This document shows positions 27,838 to 38,143 of a stretch of 64,000 nucleotides of DNA, one piece after another (the first letter of the stretch is position 1; each line of letters begins with the position of its first letter). The notes under the pieces are model-generated. The model did not search any database and was not told where the DNA came from. It saw only the letters and a list, made by a program, of their open reading frames with translations. The stretch is taken from IMG/VR virus record IMGVR_UViG_3300035703_000016, positions 32,001 to 96,000 of that record; one strand, written 5' to 3'. The position numbers were made by a program, and so were the translations under genes. Source of the DNA: a virus.

Positions 27838-29565
27838 TTATGATTCTATTATTCCAAAATTTGGTTGATTTGTTGTTTGAGCTCTATCAAAAGTCGTCTC
27901 TCTTATTGGATTTGGGTTTTGAGGTAGAGGTTGCAATCCAGATATAGGAACGCCTTCTAATGAACTTTGAGGAGAATCTATAAATCCATTTGTTATTAGA
28001 TTTATGCTGTCAGTTGTTTGTCTCTTAGGAAGTATATTATGTATTGGTTTAAATGAAACAGATATTTCTAAAACATGAGGTAACTCTTGTACATCAGAAG
28101 AAGATTCTAAATTTATTTCCCAAGGAGAACTATTATCTGCTGTTATATTTATACTTTCAATAAACCCAGGAACTCTATATAAATAATCTCCCAATGTTAA
28201 TCTAACTAGAGGAGCTCTCATTACATTAGTATTTGGAGAATAGTCAGGGTAGACTTGAGACATCAAATAATTCAACTTATTATAAAGAGGTTTTAATTCT
28301 ACTCTTGAAAATGCTGCAATTTTAAATGAAAACGATATTTGTCTAGAAAAGCCTTGATAAGTAAAAAATTCCTCTCCTCTTCCCATATATCTAAATGAAT
28401 TTAAAATAGCAGAATTACCGTCTGAAAATCCATTTGTCAATAATGCTCTAAATATAAGAGCTGTACTATAAGAAGTATTATCATTATTAATACATTCAAA
28501 TCCAAGTTTTATAGAATCTTTGTATCCTAATGCCGTCCAAGGATCTTGAGTTTCAAATGTTCTATAAACAGTTGGCATCATCATATTAATCTTATCAGTA
28601 CTTACTGTTATTCTATAGTCGACTGGCTTGCCTTGAGGTAGTCCAGATTGAATCTTTCCTGAATTAGATATACCGATTCTATTTTCCATATTTATCCCAG
28701 GATACCACGTCATTTGCGCACTTCTGTAGTCTTGAGTCGATAATCTAAAGTCTTTTATGTCATTTGTAATTACTGGATTATTTTGAAATGGTCTGGATTG
28801 AGCAATTTGAGCATAGTTCATTACTCCTGGTAATCTATTCATAGTTGTATCTACATATCTGCCTATTGTAGTATTTCCAACTCCATTTCCAGAATCAGGA
28901 CCTCCAGGATAATTAAAAAGAAGTAATTGATTAGTTGAAATTCCTAAACTTTTAGCGGTAAGAGTACTTTCTGCTGCTCCCAAAAATTCATCTAAATTAG
29001 AAAACATATTTGCATTTGACTTAGATATTTTTAATCTATGCAATATTGCTAATCTATTTAATGAAGAGGAATTAGTTATATTCTGAAGATTTACTGTATT
29101 TGCGTAAAAATCATCTTGAATTGCTAAATTAGAAGACCCAATTCTTGAAATATGTCCTCCACTTCCTTGTATTTTTATTTGGTTTAATAAATTTTCTTTA
29201 GAATAAACTCTAGTATTTTCTATTAATCCGGGAAGAGTATTTGTATTTGTTGATATTTTCATACTAGGAGCAGTCTCTATTCTTGGATTCATAAACTGTA
29301 ACATTCTTTGTTTTTCTAAAAATGTCGTACCAGCTTGAGTATCTAAAAATTTACTTATTCTTTGAAAATCAATATCATTAGACGGATAATTTCCACCTCT
29401 TTTTGGAAAATCTATTATAGAAGCGTTCTTTGTTTTTATGTTTCCAGGCTCTACTACTCCATTTGAAGTAAATGTAACAAAAGGCTGACCTGACCATCCC
29501 CCGCCTTTTTGATCATTTCCATATTTTAAAGAAGTTAGATTTGTTTTTAAATTTACTAAAGCCAT
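27838..29565 (-). CDS. baseplate / tail tube initiator-like protein
   Basis: FRA, YMGRGE.F.TY.GF.R.ISFSF, PLVRLTLG; position after the tape measure gene. Confidence 0.6.
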   Translation of the reverse strand: MALVNLKTNLTSLKYGNDQKGGGWSGQPFVTFTSNGVVEPGNIKTKNASIIDFPKRGGNYPSNDIDFQRISKFLDTQAGTTFLEKQRMLQFMNPRIETAPSMKISTNTNTLPGLIENTRVYSKENLLNQIKIQGSGGHISRIGSSNLAIQDDFYANTVNLQNITNSSSLNRLAILHRLKISKSNANMFSNLDEFLGAAESTLTAKSLGISTNQLLLFNYPGGPDSGNGVGNTTIGRYVDTTMNRLPGVMNYAQIAQSRPFQNNPVITNDIKDFRLSTQDYRSAQMTWYPGINMENRIGISNSGKIQSGLPQGKPVDYRITVSTDKINMMMPTVYRTFETQDPWTALGYKDSIKLGFECINNDNTSYSTALIFRALLTNGFSDGNSAILNSFRYMGRGEEFFTYQGFSRQISFSFKIAAFSRVELKPLYNKLNYLMSQVYPDYSPNTNVMRAPLVRLTLGDYLYRVPGFIESINITADNSSPWEINLESSSDVQELPHVLEISVSFKPIHNILPKRQTTDSINLITNGFIDSPQSSLEGVPISGLQPLPQNPNPIRETTFDRAQTTNQPNFGIIES

Positions 29566-29572
29566 TGTTTAT

Positions 29573-31918
29573 TTAATTTGATGATTGTCCTGGAAGAGAA
29601 TAACTAATATTGGACTGATATTGCCCAACGCTATTGTCTAATGGCGCGTTTGATTGAGCATTTTTAAAATTAGCAGCCGCTATAGCTTGAGAGTCGAGTA
29701 ATGTATAATTTTGTATATTAACAGATACTGGTTGATTATTTTTGTTTGATGGCTGATTCATTATTATTGGGGCGGGTTTATTTCCAACCGCATTTTGAAG
29801 TGCTGACTTTCCAACAGATATCGGCTCTATTCCTATAGCTTTTATAGAATTTGATGCTGTTTCAGAATTTGATCTAATAACACTAGCATAATTTTCCCAT
29901 TTTTTTGTGTCTGTTCCTGGAAGATAGCTAATTGCGTCTGCTACAAAAGCAAATAGATCTCCAAAAAAAGAAACGGCTCCCGCTATTATATTTTTTATCG
30001 TATTTAGAATACCACCTATTTTTTGTGGATTTGATAAATAGTCTATGAAACTCTGTATTTTATCAATTAGTCTAGACCCCTCTACAAAATCCACAATAGA
30101 CGTCTTTATTTTATCTATCATAGCAGCCATTTTTTCTTGAGTAGATGCGTTTACTAGATTATTATACACGTCTTCTCCAAGTGCTTGCGAAAGCTGCTTT
30201 TGAGATTGAAATCTTTGTAATCCAATTTTTAACTGTGTTCTTGCGTTATCTGTATCTTTTGCTCCAAGAATAGAAAGTAGTTCTTGTCTTTTTAACATCT
30301 CTCCAAGTTGATCTCTTGACATTCCAAAAGACTCAGCCATACTCGCAGCAGATATCCTATTCATTTTAAGAAAATCATCAGAAGTCCCCAATTGTTTATT
30401 TATTTCAATCGCAGCGCCAGATAAATCATTATTTAAAAACAATCTCCTTGCTTCTTGTAAATTAATATCTCTGCCAGTCAATAACTGAGCTTCAAATTGT
30501 TTACTAATGCTACTTTCAAAATCTAAAAAAGAATCTGCTAAAGAATCAATATCTTTTAAATTAGTACCAAGAGCTTTTGTAGTAACTACAGCTTTTGATA
30601 TTTTTTCTGGATACTTAGCAAATGATAATCCTAAATACCCTCCTAGTTTATTTGCCTCTTCAAGTATTTTTTGGAAATTTAAACTTATTCCAGTTGCATT
30701 TTTTAAACCTTTAACTTGTGCAGCTATAAATTTTATAGTCTGTTCTGATGTATTTTTAGATATTATAGAATTTTCAACTATATCCGCTCTTACTCCAGCT
30801 TCTATTCCAGCAATATCCTTTAGTTTTATATTTGTTGATAAGATACTGTTTGAGATTTGATTATTTACTCCAAGAGCTTGTCCAAGTTCAACTTGAGAAC
30901 TTAACATTTTCTTAGAAGTAATAAATATGTCATTACTCTGATAAGAAATATTTACATACTCTCTATATAGTCTAGTAGCTTCAGCGGTATTTAATGATAA
31001 ACTTCTTCCTGATTTTACTATTAAATCATTTGTAGACACTATTATATCAAATATATTTGAAAATACTCTAGTAAGACCTCCTAAAATTGGACCTAATAGG
31101 GGTATTTTTTCTAACATAGTGGAAATTCCAAATGTTAAATTTGAAGCAAACCCATCTCCAGCTGGAGTTATAGTTTTTATTCCTTGAGAAAGAGTTGTTC
31201 CTATTTTTTGAGCTAATTTATAAACGCCTATCATAGAGGCTGTTAATATTCCATATAATTGAATTTTTCTTAACTCAGTTTTATTACCGTCTCTTGCTTC
31301 TTCTACAATTTTTGCATATGTATCTTTAAATAATCCAAATTTATTATTTAAAAATCCAACTAATTGACCTGTTTTTCCTAGACTCTTTTCTAATTGTTTT
31401 TCAAATGATAATCTATCTCTAACTTCTTCTGTTAATTTATTTGCTATTGATTGTGTCTCTCTAGAGGCGATGAGTTCTAAACTTTTTGCGTCTAAATTTG
31501 ATTTTATATTATCTAACTGAGCGTCTAATGTTTGTAATATAGATTGTTCTATCTGATACTGTTGAGAGTTTCCAGTCGCTATAGCTCTTTGTAATTTTTT
31601 TGTTTGAGTTTCTATAGATTTTATAGTAGTTTCATATAAATCAGCATTCTGTACTTGCATAAAATTAGCATCAGCAAGCGCTTGATTATATTTTTGTTGA
31701 GCTAATTCCGCTTTTGCTGATGCTTTCTCTAATTCTGATTGTATTCTTTTTGTATTTATAGCCCCCTTATTCATATTATCTATCTTTGACAAGATAGTGT
31801 CATATGACTTAGCCATATTCTTAAGAGAATTAACAGTATCTTTTACAACGTCATTAAATTCTCTATTAACCTGAGCTATTTCTTTTAAATCTCTAGCATT
31901 TATGTTTTCATTCGTCAT
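29573..31918 (-). CDS. tail tape measure protein
   Basis: Long helical A/S/K/L-rich ORF after the tube and chaperone genes; ATATTTAT at 31939-31946. Confidence 0.75.
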   Translation of the reverse strand: MTNENINARDLKEIAQVNREFNDVVKDTVNSLKNMAKSYDTILSKIDNMNKGAINTKRIQSELEKASAKAELAQQKYNQALADANFMQVQNADLYETTIKSIETQTKKLQRAIATGNSQQYQIEQSILQTLDAQLDNIKSNLDAKSLELIASRETQSIANKLTEEVRDRLSFEKQLEKSLGKTGQLVGFLNNKFGLFKDTYAKIVEEARDGNKTELRKIQLYGILTASMIGVYKLAQKIGTTLSQGIKTITPAGDGFASNLTFGISTMLEKIPLLGPILGGLTRVFSNIFDIIVSTNDLIVKSGRSLSLNTAEATRLYREYVNISYQSNDIFITSKKMLSSQVELGQALGVNNQISNSILSTNIKLKDIAGIEAGVRADIVENSIISKNTSEQTIKFIAAQVKGLKNATGISLNFQKILEEANKLGGYLGLSFAKYPEKISKAVVTTKALGTNLKDIDSLADSFLDFESSISKQFEAQLLTGRDINLQEARRLFLNNDLSGAAIEINKQLGTSDDFLKMNRISAASMAESFGMSRDQLGEMLKRQELLSILGAKDTDNARTQLKIGLQRFQSQKQLSQALGEDVYNNLVNASTQEKMAAMIDKIKTSIVDFVEGSRLIDKIQSFIDYLSNPQKIGGILNTIKNIIAGAVSFFGDLFAFVADAISYLPGTDTKKWENYASVIRSNSETASNSIKAIGIEPISVGKSALQNAVGNKPAPIIMNQPSNKNNQPVSVNIQNYTLLDSQAIAAANFKNAQSNAPLDNSVGQYQSNISYSLPGQSSN

Positions 31919-31954
31919 GTATACTCGTGTCTATATGAATAAATATCTATTAAT

Positions 31955-32254
31955 TTATTTTTTAGACTTAGATACAAAATCAGGAGTCTTTGTTATTGCT
32001 TTTTGCACTTCTGGCGGCATTTTAAATTTTGACATATCAGTGGATTCAGTAATAATATTCCGCTCTTCGTTTTTTTCAGCTTTAATTTTTTCTAAAAACT
32101 CATTAATTTTTTTTAAGCTGTACTGTCTATAAGGAATTGGCATATTCCATACATCTTGCCAAGAAAATCCTCCATTTCCGTGATATACAAGTTCAAAAAC
32201 CTCTTGCATGTAAACCGGTCTATATTCTACTCCCGGGAAAAAAGAAAGAGGCAT
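31955..32254 (-). CDS. tail assembly chaperone C-terminal extension (gpGT-like), probably reached by frameshift
   Basis: Overlaps the 3' end of the upstream ORF in the +1 frame across TTTTTTC; W.DVWNMP motif. Confidence 0.65.
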   Translation of the reverse strand: MPLSFFPGVEYRPVYMQEVFELVYHGNGGFSWQDVWNMPIPYRQYSLKKINEFLEKIKAEKNEERNIITESTDMSKFKMPPEVQKAITKTPDFVSKSKK

Positions 32255-32984
32255 TCATTGGCATATCTACCTCGGCCTCCTGTCCGTCTTTAAATACTAT
32301 TTTAACTTTTGCTGTTATATCTGGAGAAATTTCGTATATGTAGTTTCTTAATTCTGATGCGTCTTTTGCCATAAAAGCTGTGTCTATGAAATTTCTCACA
32401 GACTTTATATTATAGTCTCCATTTATTGACAATATTTGATGCTTCATTCTCAAACTCATCATCCCTGGATCGCTTCCTAGCGCTTTCTTGAGCCCCTTTG
32501 CTTCTTCATCGATTTTCTTATCGTCTCCTACAGTAAGTAGCTTAAATGTAATCTTATTTTTTGAAAAAGGTAACTCAAATACAAATTCATTATCTCCAGT
32601 AAAAATAGACTCATTTATTTCTTTATGACTCATTGTTTGAAGATCAGCTGTTACTACTTCCTCTTCTCCTGTTTCTGGATTTGGGTACTTAAACTGATAA
32701 TCTTTTCCATAAGCAAGAATTCTAGCTGCTATTAAAAGACCATTTCTATCTCCAAGCAAAAGATCATCGTATTTTATTCCGCTTGGCAACAGAGATTTTA
32801 ATGTTTTTTCTATAGCAGTTCCGTTCTTTAGATAATTGATATTAGTCAAAATGTCCTCTTCTTTTGCCGTCATATATTTCATCTCGACTTCTCCAGATGA
32901 TAAAGGACTTTCTTTTGGATAAACTAAGCCTTTACTTGGCAATGTAACCATTTCTGTCGGTATTGTAAACTTTTGTTCTGTCAT
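32220..32984 (-). CDS. tail assembly chaperone / T4 gp26-like protein
   Basis: LPSKG..YP, MTAKEEDIL, GDR, C-terminal FFFP; lies between tube and tape measure. Confidence 0.75.
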   Translation of the reverse strand: MTEQKFTIPTEMVTLPSKGLVYPKESPLSSGEVEMKYMTAKEEDILTNINYLKNGTAIEKTLKSLLPSGIKYDDLLLGDRNGLLIAARILAYGKDYQFKYPNPETGEEEVVTADLQTMSHKEINESIFTGDNEFVFELPFSKNKITFKLLTVGDDKKIDEEAKGLKKALGSDPGMMSLRMKHQILSINGDYNIKSVRNFIDTAFMAKDASELRNYIYEISPDITAKVKIVFKDGQEAEVDMPMNASFFFPGSRI

Positions 32985-32999
32985 TTTATTATTTTTTTA

Positions 33000-33389
33000 T
33001 TATGCAACATATCCGTAAATATACTCTTCTCCACCATTATATAAAGTTGAAATTCTTGAATATCCATCCATAACTTGTCCTTTGTATACGACTATCGGGT
33101 TATATAAATCTTTTGAATTTGGTTGATATTCACTATCAGACTCTTCTCCATATCTTTCATCTCCTGACTCAATATACTCTGCTAGGGATTCATCTGAGTC
33201 TATTAAATCTTGTATTTTTAATTTCTGTCTAGTAAAATTCTTATTTGAATCTTTTATTTTAGAAATAAAATAATCTGGTATATCTGATTCATCTGGAGTT
33301 ATTGATTCTATATAGTCTGCCACCTCTTCTCCGGTTAGAGAATATTCATTTTCTTTTATAAGTTGTTTATAAATCTCTATAAGTTTCAT
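33000..33389 (-). CDS. ParB/Srx-like domain protein with MKL leader
   Basis: PIVV...VMDGYSR motif; leader MKLIEIYKQLIKE; ATATTTAT at 33404-33411. Confidence 0.55.
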   Translation of the reverse strand: MKLIEIYKQLIKENEYSLTGEEVADYIESITPDESDIPDYFISKIKDSNKNFTRQKLKIQDLIDSDESLAEYIESGDERYGEESDSEYQPNSKDLYNPIVVYKGQVMDGYSRISTLYNGGEEYIYGYVA

Positions 33390-33419
33390 TTTTATAATTT
33401 AATATAAATATTCGAAATA

Positions 33420-33454
33420 GAAAAAAGCTCGAACAAAGTCGAGCTTCTTTTTTT
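33420..33454 (-). terminator. intrinsic terminator after the tail tube gene
   Basis: AAGCTCGA-CTTTGT-TCGAGCTT followed by a T-tract on the minus strand. Confidence 0.85.
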
Positions 33455-33480
33455 AAAATAATTACTTTAGTAATTAAATA

Positions 33481-33969
33481 CTAGTAGTTAAGTATACAAT
33501 AATTCATTCCAAGCGTAAGAGACAATTCTGTAGGATCTGATGTAGACCAGTCATAATTTCCGGCTGAAAATGATTTTATAAAAGCTCCTTTAATTATCCA
33601 TTCACTTACTATATCTCCAACAGGACCTATTACGGCTAAAGTAACGTCTTTTTGATAAAAATCTGAATAACCATCTCTACCTGTAACAGATTCGTGATGT
33701 AGACGGACCCACTCCATACATGCTTGTTGACCTGATGGTGAAATAGGGTTGTATAAAGAGAGTTCCATATCTTTCCACTCAGCTTTACCTTTTATTTTAA
33801 AGTAAGTATTTATGTGGTCTAATTTGATTTCTCCCATTTCTATACTAGGGGCTGATGCCTTTTTAATCATGTATGAGGGGATTCCGTCTATATACATTAT
33901 AAACCTATTACTAACGGTAGGTTCAAATGCTGTATAAAATATTTCATTAGGCGATAGTATTCCTGCCAT
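33481..33969 (-). CDS. tail tube protein (T4 gp19-like)
   Basis: NRF, W..M.L.LY, EW, Y.KD, EWIIKGAF; directly after the sheath gene. Confidence 0.88.
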   Translation of the reverse strand: MAGILSPNEIFYTAFEPTVSNRFIMYIDGIPSYMIKKASAPSIEMGEIKLDHINTYFKIKGKAEWKDMELSLYNPISPSGQQACMEWVRLHHESVTGRDGYSDFYQKDVTLAVIGPVGDIVSEWIIKGAFIKSFSAGNYDWSTSDPTELSLTLGMNYCILNY

Positions 33970-33989
33970 TGTATTATAAGTTTATGTTG

Positions 33990-34133
33990 TTATTTAATTT
34001 TCTTTTGATCTTTTTTGTCTGTAGACTTTTTATTATCAGTCGTTGACTTTTTAGATTCATTTAAAACTTTGCTTTTTACAGACTCGTATAAAGCTATTGG
34101 AATTTCTATTCTTATTACTGTATCTCTATTCAT
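33990..34133 (-). CDS. small basic protein (47 aa), absent from the ORF track
   Basis: Read by hand: MNRDTVIRIEIPIALYESVKSKVLNESKK...KIK*; ATATTTAT at 34138-34145. Confidence 0.55.
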   Translation of the reverse strand: MNRDTVIRIEIPIALYESVKSKVLNESKKSTTDNKKSTDKKDQKKIK

Positions 34134-34158
34134 GATTATAAATATCTATTTATTTGGA

Positions 34159-35904
34159 TTAAGAAAATGTAGCTCCAGTTTGAGTAATATTATAAGATAG
34201 ATATATAAATTCACTAGTTCTAGTTGGCTGTAGATATATGCTTCCTACTAATTCATTTCTATCTATTACAGATGGAGTATTATTTGTATCATCCATTACA
34301 ACAGAAAAACTATATAATCCTTGTCTTTGTTGAACACTTGCTAAGTATGGATTTACTTGATTTAAAAATTTGTTTCTGGTAACTTGAGTATTTGGATCGA
34401 ATACTATAGTTTCTGCTATTTGACCAATATAATCTTTAAGTGCTATTAGTAATCTTCTTACACTAACTCTATCTAAAGCAGACGCTTTTTGTTGTAATGT
34501 TTTTTGTCCATATATAACTGTTCCAACTCCAGGAAAAGTAGCTATTGGGTTTACTTTAGCTTGATACAATGTATTTCTATCAGTAACAGATAATTTTCTT
34601 TCTGGTTGTAGAACAGTACTCATTCCACCTCTTGTAAAACCAGCTGGCGCATACCACTCTGCACTAATTTTATCATTATACTCATATACAGCTGGAACCA
34701 TTGTAGAAGCTGGAACAAAGTTTAATTTTCCTGTTTCTGCTGATTTAACTTGAACCCAAGGCCAATATGCTGCGCCGTAAGAATTATCGTAAGATTGGGC
34801 TGCAGTAACTACTGTTCCTATATTTTGTCCGTATCCAACTAAATCTATTACAGCTATATTATCGCCTCTTGTTTGAGATAAATTTAAAAGAGCTGTTATT
34901 TGAGAACTAGCGTTTTGAGAATTTATTCCAGGAGCATATATTGTATTGAAATTATATGCGTCTTTATTTCCTAAAAGGTTGATAGCTATATCATAATTTC
35001 CTGGTACAAGTCCTTGAATATTATTAGTTTGATCTCCTGATACTGTCGGTATATTTTCAAACATTTTCAAAGCAGCTACTCCAAATCCTCCATAGATAGC
35101 GCCAGTTGCTCCAGAAAAAGCTCCATTTATGGACCCAGATCCAACTAAAGGAATTGAGCTAGTATATTGAGATTGAGGTTGTCCGTAAGAATTTAAGTAA
35201 TTAGGAGTCGTAAGAGAAACAGATTTAACTCTTACATAATTACTATTATTTGAATAAGAACCTGTAGTTTGTAAATAGTAATCTCCAGTAGTTGGATCAG
35301 CTACAGCATTTTGAGTTTGATTTCCTATAACATACTCTATATAGTTATTTTGATTTGGATCTAAAGACAAATTAGTCCACGTCTCTAATATAGTTTTATT
35401 ATTTTCATAGTCATCTCCTCTACGAATAATCAAGCTAAAATAACCAGATCCAGTATCAGCAGAAGTAATCTCCCATCTTATATTTGCAGATGATCCTGAT
35501 GACAATGCTCCACTAACTGCGCTTCCAGAATTATTCATTATTACTCCAGATGAAAGAGTCTCTAAAGTAAATGCAGTAGTGCTTCCTGATGCTACAATAT
35601 TTGCAGTCGCTCCTGTATAAGAACCTGAGGCCACTCTTGTAACTAACAATGATTCTCCTCCTTGTTGAAAATATCCCAAAGCTGCAGTGCTTGTTAAATA
35701 TTCATAAGAAGTCCCTCCAGATATGAAAGTAGCTCCAAATATAGCCTTATATTGAGAATACGATGTAATTACTGTAGGGATATTTACTGGTCCTACTACA
35801 GTCGGTCCTATGATAGCAGCTCCAGCAGCAATTGGTCCCTGTGTTATTTGACTCTGGTCGTTCTCTATTGAAAATACGCCAGGACTTAAAAGTGTTTCAG
35901 CCAT
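34159..35904 (-). CDS. tail sheath protein (T4 gp18-like)
   Basis: SPGV, GP, YWPW, WYAPAG..RG, GQKT, VRRL, NT..VIDRN; ATATTTAT at 35927-35934. Confidence 0.95.
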   Translation of the reverse strand: MAETLLSPGVFSIENDQSQITQGPIAAGAAIIGPTVVGPVNIPTVITSYSQYKAIFGATFISGGTSYEYLTSTAALGYFQQGGESLLVTRVASGSYTGATANIVASGSTTAFTLETLSSGVIMNNSGSAVSGALSSGSSANIRWEITSADTGSGYFSLIIRRGDDYENNKTILETWTNLSLDPNQNNYIEYVIGNQTQNAVADPTTGDYYLQTTGSYSNNSNYVRVKSVSLTTPNYLNSYGQPQSQYTSSIPLVGSGSINGAFSGATGAIYGGFGVAALKMFENIPTVSGDQTNNIQGLVPGNYDIAINLLGNKDAYNFNTIYAPGINSQNASSQITALLNLSQTRGDNIAVIDLVGYGQNIGTVVTAAQSYDNSYGAAYWPWVQVKSAETGKLNFVPASTMVPAVYEYNDKISAEWYAPAGFTRGGMSTVLQPERKLSVTDRNTLYQAKVNPIATFPGVGTVIYGQKTLQQKASALDRVSVRRLLIALKDYIGQIAETIVFDPNTQVTRNKFLNQVNPYLASVQQRQGLYSFSVVMDDTNNTPSVIDRNELVGSIYLQPTRTSEFIYLSYNITQTGATFS

Positions 35905-35944
35905 TTATGTTTTTATTTTTCTACTAATAAATATCATTAATTTG

Positions 35945-36181
35945 TTATGAAATTTCTCCTGTTTCTATATTTATCGTAACATTTCCATATTTTGAAGTTA
36001 TTTCTTCAAAAAGAGACTCTTCTCTTAATTTTAAAGAAACTATTTCTTTTTTTTGTTGTTCTATTTTTAATTCCAAAGATATCTTTTGAAATTCTAATTC
36101 TCCTAATTTAGATGCTATTTCTAAAGCGTCTTGTTTTATTAAATTTACTTTACTTAGCTCCTCTTGCGTTAATTTTGTCAT
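35945..36181 (-). CDS. small coiled-coil protein
   Basis: Heptad pattern, KYG..INIETGE end; ATATTTAT at 36196-36203. Confidence 0.6.
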   Translation of the reverse strand: MTKLTQEELSKVNLIKQDALEIASKLGELEFQKISLELKIEQQKKEIVSLKLREESLFEEITSKYGNVTINIETGEIS

Positions 36182-36204
36182 AACGTTTATTTACTATAAA
36201 TATC

Positions 36205-36360
36205 TTAATTATTTTCTAAGTCATTTTCTTCATTAATTATTTCTAATGGTAAATTACAAACTTCATAACAAATAAATTCCATAATTTCATTTCCTAATTC
36301 ATCTAAAATAGGAAGCCCAGTGTTATTATCTATTTTTTTTCTATATATTGGAATTTCCAT
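36205..36360 (-). CDS. small acidic protein (51 aa) after the fibre genes, absent from the ORF track
   Basis: Read by hand: MEIPIYRKKIDNNTGLPILDELGNE...ENN*; fills the gap between its neighbours. Confidence 0.55.
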   Translation of the reverse strand: MEIPIYRKKIDNNTGLPILDELGNEIMEFICYEVCNLPLEIINEENDLENN

Positions 36361-36364
36361 TATC

Positions 36365-37276
36365 TTAATATTGTATTTTTAAAGAAGGCATTTGAATATT
36401 ATATACAGACACAGGAACACTTGAGAAAACACTACCAGTGTTATACTGAGATAAATTCTGAGAACACGTTAATGGTAAGTCATAATTAGCTGTATTTAAA
36501 TTTGTAGAACCAGATCTTATTATTTGAAAACTTGCGCCATTAAACGATGATATCGTTAATCCCAAAGATGAAAAAAATCTCGAACCTAATACGGAATTAA
36601 ATCCATAATTTAAAGTCCCTTCTCCTCCACTATATGGAATAGTAGTTACAGTTCCTGATAATGACATAGCGACCCAATATACTTGATCTTTATATAAAGT
36701 TACTGCTGTAGATTGACTCATAAAATAATTATTATAAACTGTTGCGCTGGTACTTTTAGAAGTCTCTCCATGCATTATTCTATATTCTGGTAAGTTACTG
36801 CTTGTTCCATTTGTATATAATCCTATAAAACAACTAGAAGAATTAACTGTTCCTAAAAACATTACTGACATCGATGCGCATGTACATGTTTTCATTATTC
36901 TTATTGGAGAAAATAGAGCACCTCCAGTTAATACTCCAGTTCCAGTTGTCTTATTGGCTCCTGCTGTATATTGACCTAGATATATATTTGGATTTATTAA
37001 TCCAGTAGTCGAATTTATACCAACTCCTATATTTTGTAATACAGATGTTGAAATAGCTACACTAGAACTTATACTATTTATAGAATAAGAACTAGATATT
37101 GTCTGAGAAGTTGTAGTATATGAACTAGTTAAAGAATAATCTGAATATGATGATGTTAATGAAAAAGATGCAGTTCCTATTACAGTACTCTCTATTAAAC
37201 TCTCAGTCTGCAGAGACCCAGATATAGTAGAATTATCTTTTGATATAAATATAGTTTGTATAATTAATTTTTCCAT
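36365..37276 (-). CDS. putative fibre/receptor-binding protein, paralogue 3
   Basis: S/T-rich stalk plus a beta-rich head shared with the two upstream ORFs. Confidence 0.55.
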   Translation of the reverse strand: MEKLIIQTIFISKDNSTISGSLQTESLIESTVIGTASFSLTSSYSDYSLTSSYTTTSQTISSSYSINSISSSVAISTSVLQNIGVGINSTTGLINPNIYLGQYTAGANKTTGTGVLTGGALFSPIRIMKTCTCASMSVMFLGTVNSSSCFIGLYTNGTSSNLPEYRIMHGETSKSTSATVYNNYFMSQSTAVTLYKDQVYWVAMSLSGTVTTIPYSGGEGTLNYGFNSVLGSRFFSSLGLTISSFNGASFQIIRSGSTNLNTANYDLPLTCSQNLSQYNTGSVFSSVPVSVYNIQMPSLKIQY

Positions 37277-37279
37277 AGT

Positions 37280-38143
37280 CTAGTTTACTATTAAATATGG
37301 TAAAACTGGAGTAGCTGTGCTTCTAGCTAAGAAAGAATAGTCTCCTGTATTTTGAGATAAAGTTTCAGGAGCGCTAGAATCGATATTTCCCGGGATAGGA
37401 TATACGTAATGAGTTATATTTTGTATATAAGAAGACGTATTTGGAACAGCAACTCCTAATATTGGATTATAAATTCTACCAGATGTATTAGCGACAACAT
37501 TACTAAAATATTTTGCGTAGATAGAACTTGCATTTTGTGAAGCAACTCCTATCCAATAAACCTCTCCTGCTTCTAATTGTATAGATGACGTAGGAGAAAA
37601 TGATCCAGTTACTGCTCCAAAAGTAGATCCGCTAATTGAAGTCTGATATATTTTATTTTCAGGAAGTAATTTTTCTGAATTTGTATAAACAAAAAAACTA
37701 GACGTGGCGTTTGCATTTGTATGTGAATATATAGAAATTAATCTATTTATAGTACAATTTTTATATATCTGAATAGGAGATAAAATAATACTCTGAGTTA
37801 TAACTCCAGCAGCAACTATCATTGAATTTCCATTTATAGGATACCAAACATTTGGATTAATTCCTATTGATCCTAAATCTGGATTTACCCATCCGTCATA
37901 ATTTGGATTTAGGACATAATCTGCTTCATAAGAATATGAACTTGTTTCAGATCTAAAAGAATAAGATGAGGAATCTATTAGAAATGTCAATGATGCCGTA
38001 GCTGAATTAATAGAATATGAAGATGTAACTGAAAAAGAAGCTGTTGTAGAACTTCCAGTTATTCCTGACGTAACTATTAATGATCCAGTTACTTCTAACA
38101 CGGATTTTGCAGTAAACCCTCTTTTTAATATGAAATCATTCAT
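37280..38143 (-). CDS. putative fibre/receptor-binding protein, paralogue 2
   Basis: Same architecture (SPIQI.K.C, YWIG, SQN..Y). Confidence 0.55.
   Translation of the reverse strand: MNDFILKRGFTAKSVLEVTGSLIVTSGITGSSTTASFSVTSSYSINSATASLTFLIDSSSYSFRSETSSYSYEADYVLNPNYDGWVNPDLGSIGINPNVWYPINGNSMIVAAGVITQSIILSPIQIYKNCTINRLISIYSHTNANATSSFFVYTNSEKLLPENKIYQTSISGSTFGAVTGSFSPTSSIQLEAGEVYWIGVASQNASSIYAKYFSNVVANTSGRIYNPILGVAVPNTSSYIQNITHYVYPIPGNIDSSAPETLSQNTGDYSFLARSTATPVLPYLIVN

Noticed and set aside
23151-35904. Bacterial contractile injection system or tailocin
   Set aside because: Contiguous with capsid, portal, terminase and replication genes, so it is a true phage tail module
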